A stretch of 64,000 nt of DNA from Anaerolineales bacterium (GCA_034430775.1 DAOUDU010000178.1:499-64498), one strand, 5' to 3'. Numbered from the stretch's first letter, positions 25,875-35,161 are shown. Notes: generated by a model from the sequence alone, not told the origin. Program-made: numbers and translations.

Positions 25875-26678
25875 TCAGCTGCGCAGGGCCGCATCCACTT
25901 CCGGAAAATCCGCGCGCGCGGTGAGATCCAAGCTGAGCGGCGTCACGGAAACCTTATGTTCAACGTGAAGTGTGTACACATCGGATCCCGGTTCTTCCCC
26001 ATGGGGATCGAACCGGATACGAAAGGGGATTTGCGCCGCATCGGAAAAGGATTTTCGTTCGGGACGCACCGGCTCATAATAACGGGCCCGCGAAAGCCGG
26101 GCCAGAGTCCACGGGGTTTCCGGTGTGGCACCCAGCGGTACATCCACTTTCCATGCCGCCACATCCGACGGCACCGGCCACACGAGGATCTTTTCCGCAA
26201 ACAGCCTGGCAAAGTATGCGGCGGCGGAAAAATCCACGGTACACCCGAGATCTTCCTTCTGATCCACGGGCGTCTCTTGTGAAACCGCGAGCGCCCGCAG
26301 GCCGCCGGCGGCCGCCTCGAGTACGGCGCCCACCGTGCCGGAAATGGTGATCCCGTATCCCACGTTCTCCCCGAAATTGATGCCCGCCACGACGATCGCC
26401 GGAGGGGATGGCAGGATATCGAACAATGCGTACAGCACGGCCTGTGCGGGAGATCCATCGACGGCATATACCCGATGATTTTCTCCGCCGTAGGCTTTTT
26501 CACGGACACCGATTTTTCCGGAGGTTGTCCTTGGCAAGCTGCGCCCGGCGCCCGACCACTGTTGGCTCGGTGCAACAACGGTTACGTCGCCGACATGGGT
26601 CAGCGCCTCCGCCGCGGCCCATAACCCGCGGCTTTCGATGCCGTCGTCGTTGGTCAGCAGAATCGACGGACGGGTCAC
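25875..26678 (-). CDS. surE: 5'/3'-nucleotidase SurE.
   Basis: The N-terminus contains SILLTNDDGIESRGL. The start is set at GTG 26678, which overlaps the upstream NfeD stop as GTGA. The track ORF extends to 26732. Confidence 0.8.
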   Translation of the reverse strand: MTRPSILLTNDDGIESRGLWAAAEALTHVGDVTVVAPSQQWSGAGRSLPRTTSGKIGVREKAYGGENHRVYAVDGSPAQAVLYALFDILPSPPAIVVAGINFGENVGYGITISGTVGAVLEAAAGGLRALAVSQETPVDQKEDLGCTVDFSAAAYFARLFAEKILVWPVPSDVAAWKVDVPLGATPETPWTLARLSRARYYEPVRPERKSFSDAAQIPFRIRFDPHGEEPGSDVYTLHVEHKVSVTPLSLDLTARADFPEVDAALRS

Positions 26679-27976
26679 AGCTTCTTCCGCACGATCAACC
26701 GCAGGCCCTCGACCCGGACCACATCCACGCAATCACCCGCCGCGAGCGTCGAACCGTCCTCACTTTCGGCACTCCATAACTCCCCTCCTGCCTGCACCGT
26801 TCCCTTCGGATCGAGCGTTTCCCGTACCTCGCCCGGTTTCCCGGTCAGCACCGTACGGCCCACGGCCGGCGGCAGCCGCCGGGTGCGAAGCGCAACGCCG
26901 ATGACCACCGAGAACACCGCCGCCAGCGCCATCCCGGTTCCGACAACCAGCGGCACGGAGACGCGCTGGAATTCCGGTGTGACCGGGGAATTAAAAAGGA
27001 TCAAGGCACCGGCGATGAACGACCCCGTGCCCGCCGCGGTCAATGCGCCGTGCGTGGGAGTTTGGAATTCCATGAAGAAGAGAATGAATGCCAGGACAAT
27101 AAAAGCCAGCCCCAGCCAGTTCACGGTAAGCAAACCCATTCCATAGAAAGCCAGCGCCAGGCATACCGCGCCGATGAAACCCGCCACCCAGCCGCCCGGC
27201 TGCGAGAGTTCGATCAGGATCGCCTGCACGCCGATTGCCAGCAGGATGAAAACGATATTCGGGTTGGTGAGCACCCCGAGCAGGATTTCGATGAAGTTGA
27301 GATCCAATTCGTCGACGACCGCGAATTGGGTATCCAGCGTCACCGCGCCGGAGGTCAGCCGGACCGTTCTCCCGTTCAATTGACGGAGCAGATCCTCCCG
27401 GCTGTCGGCGATGATGTCGATCAACCCGGCCTCCAGCGCTTCGCTGGAAGAAACCGCCTTGGCACTCTGGATCGTGCTTTCGGCGAGGGCAACCGCCTCC
27501 GCAGGCCGCCCCTCGGTGAGCGACCGCACCAGCGCGCTGAGGATTTCCTTTTCCTTGGCCGCCAGGGTCTCATTCAGGTCCTCGCCCTGCGATCCTACCG
27601 GGCTGGCCGCGCCGATTGCCGTTTCGGGCGCCATCGCCGCGAGGTGTCCGGCCAGCGTGATAAGCGTTCCGGCGCTCCCGGCCATGGCGCCCCGCGGCGC
27701 CACATACACCACCACCGGAACGCCGCTTTCCCTCAGGGCTGTGACGATCCTTTCCATCAAGTCGATCTGCCCGCCCGGAGTGTTAAGTTGCAGGACGATA
27801 AGCGAGTACCCCGCCCGTCCGGCCTGTTCCACTCCGCGCTCGATATATTCAGTCATCACGGTGGAAACCGCGCCCTCGGCCGTCAGCCACAGGACGCGCG
27901 GGGTTGCTGCGGCGCGAACCTCCGTCGGGGAAAGGAACAGGATCAGGAGCAGGAAAAGAAATTGGGTTTTTCGCAT
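26675..27976 (-). CDS. NfeD-family membrane-bound ClpP-class serine protease.
   Basis: The start is MRKTQFLFLLLILFLSP (ATG 27976). A ClpP-like region (LQLNTPGGQIDLMERIV) is followed by a multi-TM core and a C-terminal OB domain (VQAGGELWSAES...VRVEGLRLIVRK). Confidence 0.8.
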   Translation of the reverse strand: MRKTQFLFLLLILFLSPTEVRAAATPRVLWLTAEGAVSTVMTEYIERGVEQAGRAGYSLIVLQLNTPGGQIDLMERIVTALRESGVPVVVYVAPRGAMAGSAGTLITLAGHLAAMAPETAIGAASPVGSQGEDLNETLAAKEKEILSALVRSLTEGRPAEAVALAESTIQSAKAVSSSEALEAGLIDIIADSREDLLRQLNGRTVRLTSGAVTLDTQFAVVDELDLNFIEILLGVLTNPNIVFILLAIGVQAILIELSQPGGWVAGFIGAVCLALAFYGMGLLTVNWLGLAFIVLAFILFFMEFQTPTHGALTAAGTGSFIAGALILFNSPVTPEFQRVSVPLVVGTGMALAAVFSVVIGVALRTRRLPPAVGRTVLTGKPGEVRETLDPKGTVQAGGELWSAESEDGSTLAAGDCVDVVRVEGLRLIVRKKL

Positions 27977-28113
27977 GCGGGTCTCATTTGGAATTATAAT
28001 CCCACCGACCCTGATCTCTCCGCGCAGCGGCATGTTCGCGCCGGCGGTAACCCGGCTCCGGAAACCATCGGAGCGGCATTTTCAGCGTTCCACCGCCTGG
28101 AATAGGAGATCGT

Positions 28114-29514
28114 ATGCCTGCTTCCCCGTACGATGTCATCATCATCGGCGCCGGCCCTGCCGGGTACGTCTGCGCCATCCGGGCCGCCCAGCTGGGGTTG
28201 AAAACGGCGGTGGCGGAAAAGGAATTCCTCGGCGGCGTCTGCCTTAACGTCGGCTGCATCCCCTCCAAAGCATTGCTGCGCAACGCGGAAGTCATCCGTA
28301 CCCTGAAAACCGGCGGCCGGGAATTCGGCTTCGAAACCGGCGATGTGCGTGTGGATTACGCCGCCGCCGTCAAACGATCGCGCCAGGTGTCGGGCCGGAT
28401 GGTCAAGGGGGTGGAATTCCTCCTGAAGAAAAACGCGATAGACATCCTGCGCGGAACCGCCCGCATTTCCGAACCGGGGGTGGTGAGGCTCACCCCGCCG
28501 GATGGCGGAAGCGAGATAACGGTTCAGGCCAGGAACATCGTTGTGGCGACCGGTGCGCGGCCTTCCGCTCCGCCCGGTTTCACGCCGGACGGTTCACGCA
28601 TCCTCACCTACCGTGAAGCCATCCTGCAGGAAACGCCGCCATCCTCGGCGGTCATCGTCGGCGGCGGCCCGATCGGGCTCGAATTCGCAACCCTCTGGAG
28701 CGCATACGGCATTCCGGTGACCATTGTGGAAATGCTGCCCCGGGTCGCGCCGTTGGAAGACGAAGAGGCGAGCGTGGAACTCGCGAAGATGTTCGCCCGG
28801 CGCGGGATCGAAATCCGCGCCGGCAGCACTGTGAAATCCGCTGAAATCTCCGGTGTTGGCGTGAAATTGAAAATCCAAACGGGCGCCGGGGAAGAATCGC
28901 TCGAAGCCGGACAGGTGTTGGTGGCTGTCGGATTCCGGCCGAATTCCGAAAACCTCGGCCTGGAAACCTTGGGGGTTGCCGTGGAAAAAGGGCGCATCTC
29001 CGTCGACGAGCGCATGGCGACTAACGTTCCGGGAATTTGGTCGGTCGGCGACGTCACCGGCAAACTGATGCTTGCGCATGTCGGGTCCGCAATGGGCAAG
29101 GCGTGCGCGGAGAACATCGCCGGGAAGGACGGCGCTGTCCTGGAGTACGAATTCCTTCCGCGGGCCGTGTATTCGCATCCGCAGATTGCCTCCTTCGGGC
29201 TGACCGAAGCCCAGGCGGCGGCGCGGGGGATATCCGTGCGAACGGTGCGATTCCCATTCCAGGCCAACGGGAAGGCGCTGGGGCTTGGGGATTACGGCGG
29301 CTGGGTGAAACTGATTGCCGGTGAAACCGGAACGCTGCTCGGGGCGCATCTGGTCGGCCCGGAAGTGACCGAGCTCCTGCCCGAACTGACGCTGGCCTAT
29401 CGGGCCGGCCTCGGCATCGAAGCGATTGCGCGGAACGTTCACGCCCATCCGACGCTGAGCGAGGTGTTGATGGAAGCGGCGCACGGATTGGACGGCGGTT
29501 ACATACATTTATAA
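28114..29514 (+). CDS. lpd: Dihydrolipoyl dehydrogenase (E3).
   Basis: YDVIIIGAGPAGY (FAD-binding), the redox disulfide GGVCLNVGCIPSK and the C-terminal HAHPTLSE. Confidence 0.9.
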   Translation: MPASPYDVIIIGAGPAGYVCAIRAAQLGLKTAVAEKEFLGGVCLNVGCIPSKALLRNAEVIRTLKTGGREFGFETGDVRVDYAAAVKRSRQVSGRMVKGVEFLLKKNAIDILRGTARISEPGVVRLTPPDGGSEITVQARNIVVATGARPSAPPGFTPDGSRILTYREAILQETPPSSAVIVGGGPIGLEFATLWSAYGIPVTIVEMLPRVAPLEDEEASVELAKMFARRGIEIRAGSTVKSAEISGVGVKLKIQTGAGEESLEAGQVLVAVGFRPNSENLGLETLGVAVEKGRISVDERMATNVPGIWSVGDVTGKLMLAHVGSAMGKACAENIAGKDGAVLEYEFLPRAVYSHPQIASFGLTEAQAAARGISVRTVRFPFQANGKALGLGDYGGWVKLIAGETGTLLGAHLVGPEVTELLPELTLAYRAGLGIEAIARNVHAHPTLSEVLMEAAHGLDGGYIHL

Positions 29515-29644
29515 AAACGGACCGGCATAATCGAAGCCGGACTCCATAAAGGATCGTCTTGCCTGCCGGCTCGAAGTCGCATTCCGGCCAGCCCAGCGGA
29601 ACGCAATCGACGGAAAACCCATCCCGAAACGAAAAGGAGTTCCC

Positions 29645-30808
29645 ATGCTCCACATCGAGCAAATCGACAGTAACAAGCGCTCCGACGTCATCCGTTTCTA
29701 TAAAATCCCCTTCCCGATGTACGCCAATTCCAAATTCTGGGTGCCGCCGCTCTGGTCGGACCTGGCCATGCAGCTCAACCGGAAGAAGCATCCGTTCTAT
29801 GATCACTCCGACGCGGATTTTTTCGTCGCCGTCAAGGACGGCCGGGATGCGGGCCGCATCGCGGTGCTGGAAAACAAACCCTATAACAAGTATCACAAGC
29901 GCAAGCTCGCCTCGTTTTTCCTGTTCGAATGCATCGATGATTCCGAAACCGCGAACGCCCTCTTCAAAAAGGCTTTCGATTGGGCGCGCCAACGCGGATT
30001 GACCGGTATCCAGGGGCCCAAGGGGTTCGGCCCGCTCGACGGCTACGGAATGCTGATCGAGGGGTTCGACCGCCGGCAGACGATGATGATGTCGGCGTAC
30101 AACCCTCCGTATTACCCCCGCTTCATGGACGCCCTGGGCTTCCGCAAGGAAGTCGATTTCATCACCTGCCTCATCCACCGCGATCAGTTCGTCCTCCCCG
30201 CGCGTGTGCGTTCCATCGCGGAGCGGGTGATCAAGCGCGGCTCCTTCAAGGTGCTCTCGTTTAAAAATAAAAAGGAACTGCTCCACTGGATCCCCAGTTT
30301 TATCAAGGCCTATAATGCCGCCTTCGTCAACAACTGGGAATATTACCCGCTCACCGATTGGGAAGTGAACTTCGTCGTCGATAATATTATGCAATTCCTC
30401 GACCAGGATCTGATTAAAATTATGATCCACAAGGATGAAGTGGTGGGGTTCATTCTATCCTTCCCCGACATCTCCGCCGCCTTGCAGCGGACCCGCGGAT
30501 ACGTCCCTCCCGTGGCGCTCATGGACAATATTCCCCCACCCCTGGCGATTCCGGATATTCTCCGTGAAGTCTCCCGGACCGAATGGCTCGCGCTGAACGG
30601 CGGGGGGATCCTCCCCGAATTTAAAGGGGTCGGCGGTAATGCGCTGATGTATGCGGAGATGGAAAAAACGATCAACAGCCATTTCCGGCAGTTTCATTAC
30701 GGCGAGTTGTGCCAAGTGGCGGAAACAGCCAAGGAAATGCGCTCGGACCTCGCCAATCTCGGCGGGGCGTTCCACAAGAACCACCGGGTGTTCATCCGCG
30801 AGATTTGA
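29645..30808 (+). CDS. Conserved hypothetical 387-aa protein, GNAT-like acyltransferase suspected; paralog 1.
   Basis: Shine-Dalgarno AAGGAG. The product is MLHIEQIDSNKRSDVIRFYKIPFPMY...GRIAVLENKPYNKYH... It aligns along its full length with 30897..32060. The function is a guess from recalled family annotation. Confidence 0.55.
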   Translation: MLHIEQIDSNKRSDVIRFYKIPFPMYANSKFWVPPLWSDLAMQLNRKKHPFYDHSDADFFVAVKDGRDAGRIAVLENKPYNKYHKRKLASFFLFECIDDSETANALFKKAFDWARQRGLTGIQGPKGFGPLDGYGMLIEGFDRRQTMMMSAYNPPYYPRFMDALGFRKEVDFITCLIHRDQFVLPARVRSIAERVIKRGSFKVLSFKNKKELLHWIPSFIKAYNAAFVNNWEYYPLTDWEVNFVVDNIMQFLDQDLIKIMIHKDEVVGFILSFPDISAALQRTRGYVPPVALMDNIPPPLAIPDILREVSRTEWLALNGGGILPEFKGVGGNALMYAEMEKTINSHFRQFHYGELCQVAETAKEMRSDLANLGGAFHKNHRVFIREI

Positions 30809-30896
30809 AATTTCCGCGTTTGGCAATCGTGATGCGGAATGCCGTGCGGAGATCTTCCGCCCGGACCAAGTCCATCGAACGGCCAAGGAGAGGCCA

Positions 30897-32060
30897 GTGA
30901 TAACAATCGACCGAATCGATTCCAACAAGCGGTCGGAGGTCATCCGCTTTTTCAGGGTTCCATTCCCGATCTTCGCCGGGAACAAACAATGGGTCCCGCC
31001 GATGTGGGGCGATCTGTCGATGCAGCTTAACCGGAAGAAGCATCCCTTCTACGAGCATTCCGATGCGGATTTCTTCATCGCCGTGAAGGATGGAGCCGAT
31101 GCGGGACGGATCGCCGTCCTGGAGAACAAGCCATACAACAAGTACCATGGTCGCAAGGTGGCTTCGTTCTTCCTGTTCGAGACCATCGATGACTCGCAGG
31201 TTGTACAGGCGCTTTTCGACGCCGCCGAGCGATGGGCACGCGATCGCGGATTAAACGGGATGCTGGGGCCGAAGGGGTTCGGTCCGCTCGATGGCTACGG
31301 CATGCTGGTGGACGGCTTTGAACACCGCCAGACCATGATGATGATGTCATACAATCACGCCTATTACCCCCGCCGGATCGAAGCCCTCGGTTTCCGCAAG
31401 GAGGTGGATTTCATCACCTGCGCCATCCCGCGCGAAAAGTTCACCTTTCCGGAACGCGTCTACCGTCTGGCGGAAAAAGTGCAGAAGCGCGGCACGTTCC
31501 GCGTGCTGCAATTCCAATCCAACAAAGACATGATGCGATGGATCCCGAAATTCATCACCACTTACAACAAGACCTTCGTAAAGAACTGGGAATATTACCC
31601 GCTGTCGGATCGCGAGGTGAATTTCGTCATCGACAATATCACGCAACTGATCAACTTCGATTTCATGAAGATTATCGCCCACGAGGACGACGTGGTCGGT
31701 TTTGTGATCGCCTTTCCCGACGTATCCGCCGCGCTGCAGCGCATCCGCGGATACATTCCTCCGTTTTCCTTTTTGGATCCCATTCCCTCTCCGCGGGCGT
31801 TGATCGACATTCTGCGCGAAGTGAACCGCACCGAATGGATGGCGGTCAACGGCGCGGGGATCCTCCCGGAATACCGGGGGCTCGGCGGGAACGTTCTGCT
31901 CTATACGGAACTGGAAAAAACCCTCAACATGCGCCACCAGCAATTTAAATACGGGGAGATGTGCCAGGTGGCGGAAACGACCAAAGAAATGCGCGCGGAC
32001 CTTATTAATATGGGCGGAACGCCGTATAAAAACCACCGCGTGTATTTCCGCGAACTCTAA
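30897..32060 (+). CDS. Conserved hypothetical 387-aa protein, GNAT-like acyltransferase suspected; paralog 2.
   Basis: The start is set at GTG 30897 after AAGGAGaggcca, giving VITIDRIDSNKRSEVIRFFRVPFPIF... It has the same length as paralog 1. The track ORF start at 30651 overlaps paralog 1. Confidence 0.55.
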   Translation: MITIDRIDSNKRSEVIRFFRVPFPIFAGNKQWVPPMWGDLSMQLNRKKHPFYEHSDADFFIAVKDGADAGRIAVLENKPYNKYHGRKVASFFLFETIDDSQVVQALFDAAERWARDRGLNGMLGPKGFGPLDGYGMLVDGFEHRQTMMMMSYNHAYYPRRIEALGFRKEVDFITCAIPREKFTFPERVYRLAEKVQKRGTFRVLQFQSNKDMMRWIPKFITTYNKTFVKNWEYYPLSDREVNFVIDNITQLINFDFMKIIAHEDDVVGFVIAFPDVSAALQRIRGYIPPFSFLDPIPSPRALIDILREVNRTEWMAVNGAGILPEYRGLGGNVLLYTELEKTLNMRHQQFKYGEMCQVAETTKEMRADLINMGGTPYKNHRVYFREL

Positions 32061-32152
32061 TCGGTGTTTTTGTTAGGAATATTATTTCAATGACCCGCCG
32101 AACATTTCGCTGGGCGGGCTTTTTCCAATGCCGAATGGCAATAGAATACGCG

Positions 32153-32362
32153 ATGGGAGATATAGCGAAAATAGGGCTCCGACCCGTTGGTCGGAAATCC
32201 GCGAAGGGATACAAGATCGCAATAAGAATCCCGCAAGTCAATCCCGCCTTGGAACAGAAAAGTAATAAAAAAGGCGTCGCATTTTTGCTGAATCTCATTC
32301 CAGGCCGTCCGGTATGCGCACATTCAGCGGGCCACACCGGATTCAAATTAACGATAGTTTAA
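32153..32362 (+). CDS. Hypothetical basic 69-aa protein, possibly leaderless.
   Basis: TAGAAT (32142..32147) lies 5 nt before the ATG. The product is MGDIAKIGLRPVGRKSAKGYKIAIRIPQ... It sits between a weak hairpin (32093..32125) and a strong terminator (32397..32444). The region is visibly AT-richer than its surroundings. Confidence 0.3.
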   Translation: MGDIAKIGLRPVGRKSAKGYKIAIRIPQVNPALEQKSNKKGVAFLLNLIPGRPVCAHSAGHTGFKLTIV

Positions 32363-32396
32363 TCTTCGAATCCCTTGCCTATGATAGAATTTTTCC

Positions 32397-32444
32397 AGAC
32401 AAGTCTTCGGGTGCCCCCCTCACCCGAGGACTTGTCTATTTTTT
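32397..32444 (+). terminator. Strong intrinsic terminator.
   Basis: The sequence is AGACAAGTCTTCGGGTG-cccccct-CACCCGAGGACTTGTCT followed by ATTTTTT. The stem is 17 bp with one G-U pair. Confidence 0.75.
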
Positions 32445-32510
32445 AGGAATTTCAATTTCGGTCGGGATTGCCTATTCCTCCCTCCCGGGGTAGACTTCTC
32501 CCGGTTCATC

Positions 32511-33239
32511 ATGCGGATCCTGGTTGTCTCCGATATCCATGCGAATCTCACCGCCCTGGACGCAGTGCTCGAAGACGCCGGGATGTTCGATGCCGTGTGG
32601 TGCCTGGGGGATCTGGTCGGGTACGGACCGGATCCGAACGAATGCGTCCAGCGGATCCGGGATTTCCCCGAAATCCTGTGCATTGGCGGCAACCACGACA
32701 AGGCCGCCATCGGCGACCTTTCATTGGATGCGTTCAACGGCGAAGCCCGCCGTGCGCTCGAGTGGACCCACCGTCAACTTTCTCCCGAGACGATCCAATT
32801 TCTGCATGCGCTTCCGGAACGGCAGGTGCAGGAGCCGTATACCCTCGCCCATGGAAGCCCGCGCCGCCCGCTCTGGGAATACCTGCTGGATGCCCCCCGG
32901 GTCCAGACCAGTTTCGCTTTCTATAAAACCCTCTATTGCCTTGTCGGCCACAGCCACGTCGCCATCGCATTCCAGCTTAATGAGCGGAACCGGTGCGTGA
33001 CCTATCTTCCCTCCCATGCCAGCACATTCGTCCTCGGGTACCAGCGGATGATTATTAATCCCGGTTCCGTCGGCCAGCCGCGGGATCAGGACCCGCGCGC
33101 CGCGTATTCCATCCTCGACACCGACGCCATGGAATGGGAATGGCACCGGGTGGAGTATTCCATCGAGACGGTCCAATCCCGGATGCGGCTCGCCGATCTT
33201 CCCTCCCGCCTGATCCTCCGACTCGAAGAAGGCTGGTAA
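32511..33239 (+). CDS. Metallophosphoesterase (YfcE/MJ0936-like calcineurin-fold phosphodiesterase).
   Basis: Supporting motifs are MRILVVSDIHAN, LGDLVGYGPDP, GGNHD and GHSH. Confidence 0.8.
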   Translation: MRILVVSDIHANLTALDAVLEDAGMFDAVWCLGDLVGYGPDPNECVQRIRDFPEILCIGGNHDKAAIGDLSLDAFNGEARRALEWTHRQLSPETIQFLHALPERQVQEPYTLAHGSPRRPLWEYLLDAPRVQTSFAFYKTLYCLVGHSHVAIAFQLNERNRCVTYLPSHASTFVLGYQRMIINPGSVGQPRDQDPRAAYSILDTDAMEWEWHRVEYSIETVQSRMRLADLPSRLILRLEEGW

Positions 33240-33328
33240 GCCCTCCGGATCCTCCCGGAACCTTACATGCCGCTGCGTCGTCGGTAAAGGTGTAAGCCAT
33301 CACACCGGAGCAAGTTCAAGGAGGAGCA

Positions 33329-34258
33329 ATGAAAAAAGCTGTTCTTTCCCTTTCCTTTATTCTCATTTTGCTGCTCAGCGCCTGCGCGGCGGCCGCCATG
33401 GCGCCCCGGAACGCCGATTACAATCTGGCGATGCAGGCCGGCGCGGCGCCGGAGAGCGCAGCGATGGAAAAGGCCGCCGCCGCATCGGATGCCGCTCTCC
33501 CGGAACCGGCGGTCAATCCAACGGACCGGATCGTCTTGATGGATGCATCGTTGACGCTGGTCGTGAACGATCCCGCCGAGGCCGCTTCGAAAATCACCGA
33601 TATGGCGTTTGCCAAAGGCGGCTGGGTGGTGGAATCCAACATCACCCAGAGCGTTTACGGTACGGCCGGTGAAAAATATTACACCGGTCAGATCTCCATC
33701 CGGGTTCCCGCCGACTCCGCGGACCAGTTGAAATCCACGCTGGCGGAGATCGAAGCCCTGGCGGTGGAAGTTAAAAGCCGTTCGCTCAACGGGCGGGACG
33801 TCACCGCCGAATACACCGATGCGCAATCGCGGCTGCGCAACCTGCGCGCCTCGCAGGACCGCCTGTTGAAAATCATGGAAACCGCCGCGGATCCCGAAGA
33901 CGTCCTCGCGGTGGAATCTCAACTGCGACAGGTGATGGGCGAGATTGAAGTCTTGGAAGGCCAGATCAATTATTACGACACGGCCTCCAAATATTCACTC
34001 ATCACGATCACCCTCCAGCCGTTCGTCCCCTCGCAACCGATCAGCATCGGCGGTTGGCATCCGGAGGGTGTCGCCAAGGAAGCCCTCGAAGACCTGGTCC
34101 ATGGCTTGCAGAGCCTGGTGGATTTTCTCATCCGGCTGGGTATCTGCGGAATCCCCGCGCTGCTGGTGATCGCGTTGTTCGTAACACCGTTTGCCCTGTC
34201 CGCGCGTTTCTTCGTGCGCCGCTACAACAAGCGGCATCCGCCGAAAACGTCCGCGTAA
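33329..34258 (+). CDS. DUF4349-like lipoprotein with a C-terminal membrane anchor.
   Basis: Lipobox-type signal peptide MKKAVLSLSFILILLLSAC. The core contains ISIRVPADSADQL...GRDVTAEYTDAQSRLRNLRASQDRLLKIM. A C-terminal TM helix is present. Confidence 0.7.
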   Translation: MKKAVLSLSFILILLLSACAAAAMAPRNADYNLAMQAGAAPESAAMEKAAAASDAALPEPAVNPTDRIVLMDASLTLVVNDPAEAASKITDMAFAKGGWVVESNITQSVYGTAGEKYYTGQISIRVPADSADQLKSTLAEIEALAVEVKSRSLNGRDVTAEYTDAQSRLRNLRASQDRLLKIMETAADPEDVLAVESQLRQVMGEIEVLEGQINYYDTASKYSLITITLQPFVPSQPISIGGWHPEGVAKEALEDLVHGLQSLVDFLIRLGICGIPALLVIALFVTPFALSARFFVRRYNKRHPPKTSA

Positions 34259-34261
34259 TGG

Positions 34262-34292
34262 AAAAAAAGCCCGGCGGCCGCCGGGCTTTTTA
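34262..34292 (+). terminator. Intrinsic terminator after the DUF4349-like gene.
   Basis: The sequence is AAAAAAAGCCCGGCGG-CCGCCGGGCTTTTTATT. Confidence 0.75.
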
Positions 34293-34320
34293 TTCCGTTT
34301 GATTCCCGGCGGCAATCGGG

Positions 34321-34326
34321 TAGAAT
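34321..34326 (+). promoter_or_regulatory. Candidate -10 TAGAAT lying 6 nt before the phoU ATG (leaderless).
   Basis: The sequence reads cgggTAGAATgcgcacATG. Confidence 0.4.
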
Positions 34327-34332
34327 GCGCAC

Positions 34333-35013
34333 ATGGCATCCGCATCCTCCGCCGCGTCCCCCCGCCGCCTGCTCGATGAACGATTCGACTCCTTGCAGAA
34401 CGATTTGCTGCGCATGGGCCGGCAGGTCGCCCGGGCCATAGACCGCGCCGTCCAGGCCTGGCGCGAACACGACCGCTCCCTCGCCGAACAGGTCGTCGCC
34501 AGCGATGCAGAGTTGAACCGGATGCGCTACGAAGTGGAAGAATCCTGCCTGGCGCTGATCGCAACCCAGCAGCCAACCGCCGGCGACCTGCGTGCGATCC
34601 TGGCCATGGATTCCCTCGCCGTGGAACTCGAACGCATGGGCGATCACGCGGAGGGGATCGCCAAGATCGTTCTGCGTATGGGCGACGAGCAGCCGATCCA
34701 GCCGCCGACGGAAATCCCCGCCATGGCGGCGCTATGCCGCACGATGCTCGCCGAGAGCCTGCAGACGTTTGTCGCGCGCGATCCGAAAGCCGCGCACCGG
34801 GTGGGCGAACAGGACGACGAGATGGACCGCCTGTACCGGGAATTGTTCGATCAGGTCGTGGCCTCTATGGCCAAGAATTCTGTTTTTATCGAACGTGGTA
34901 CGTACTTGTTGTGGATCGCGCATAATCTCGAACGCATCGGCGACCGGATCACCAATATCTGCGAACGCGTAATCTTCATGACCACCGGCCGGATAGGAAT
35001 GGTTTACCCGTAA
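34333..35013 (+). CDS. phoU: Phosphate signalling complex protein PhoU.
   Basis: 226 aa with two PhoU repeats ending in ...ELERMGDHAEGIAK and ...NLERIGDRITNICE. Confidence 0.85.
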   Translation: MASASSAASPRRLLDERFDSLQNDLLRMGRQVARAIDRAVQAWREHDRSLAEQVVASDAELNRMRYEVEESCLALIATQQPTAGDLRAILAMDSLAVELERMGDHAEGIAKIVLRMGDEQPIQPPTEIPAMAALCRTMLAESLQTFVARDPKAAHRVGEQDDEMDRLYRELFDQVVASMAKNSVFIERGTYLLWIAHNLERIGDRITNICERVIFMTTGRIGMVYP

Positions 35014-35161
35014 TCCCCCGCCGGTAATTCGGATGCGGCCCGATTCTGGCTGCGCCTGGGTGGTCATTCCCGGTTCCGCCTCATCAAGTGCCCGCCGGAG
35101 AACCGAAGTGACCCTGCGGCAAACTTTTCCGCCCGATCCATTATTTTCCAAGCGCGAACGC

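Noticed and set aside
29054-30430. 458-aa minus-strand ORF, plus 304-aa and 219-aa ORFs antisense to lpd.
   Set aside because: It overlaps lpd and the first GNAT-like gene on the opposite strand. No motifs were seen and the composition is biased.
32355-32380. tRNA-like TTCGAATCC (T-loop-like) string.
   Set aside because: The flanking bases cannot form a T-stem or any cloverleaf. No tRNA gene is supported anywhere in the window by eye.
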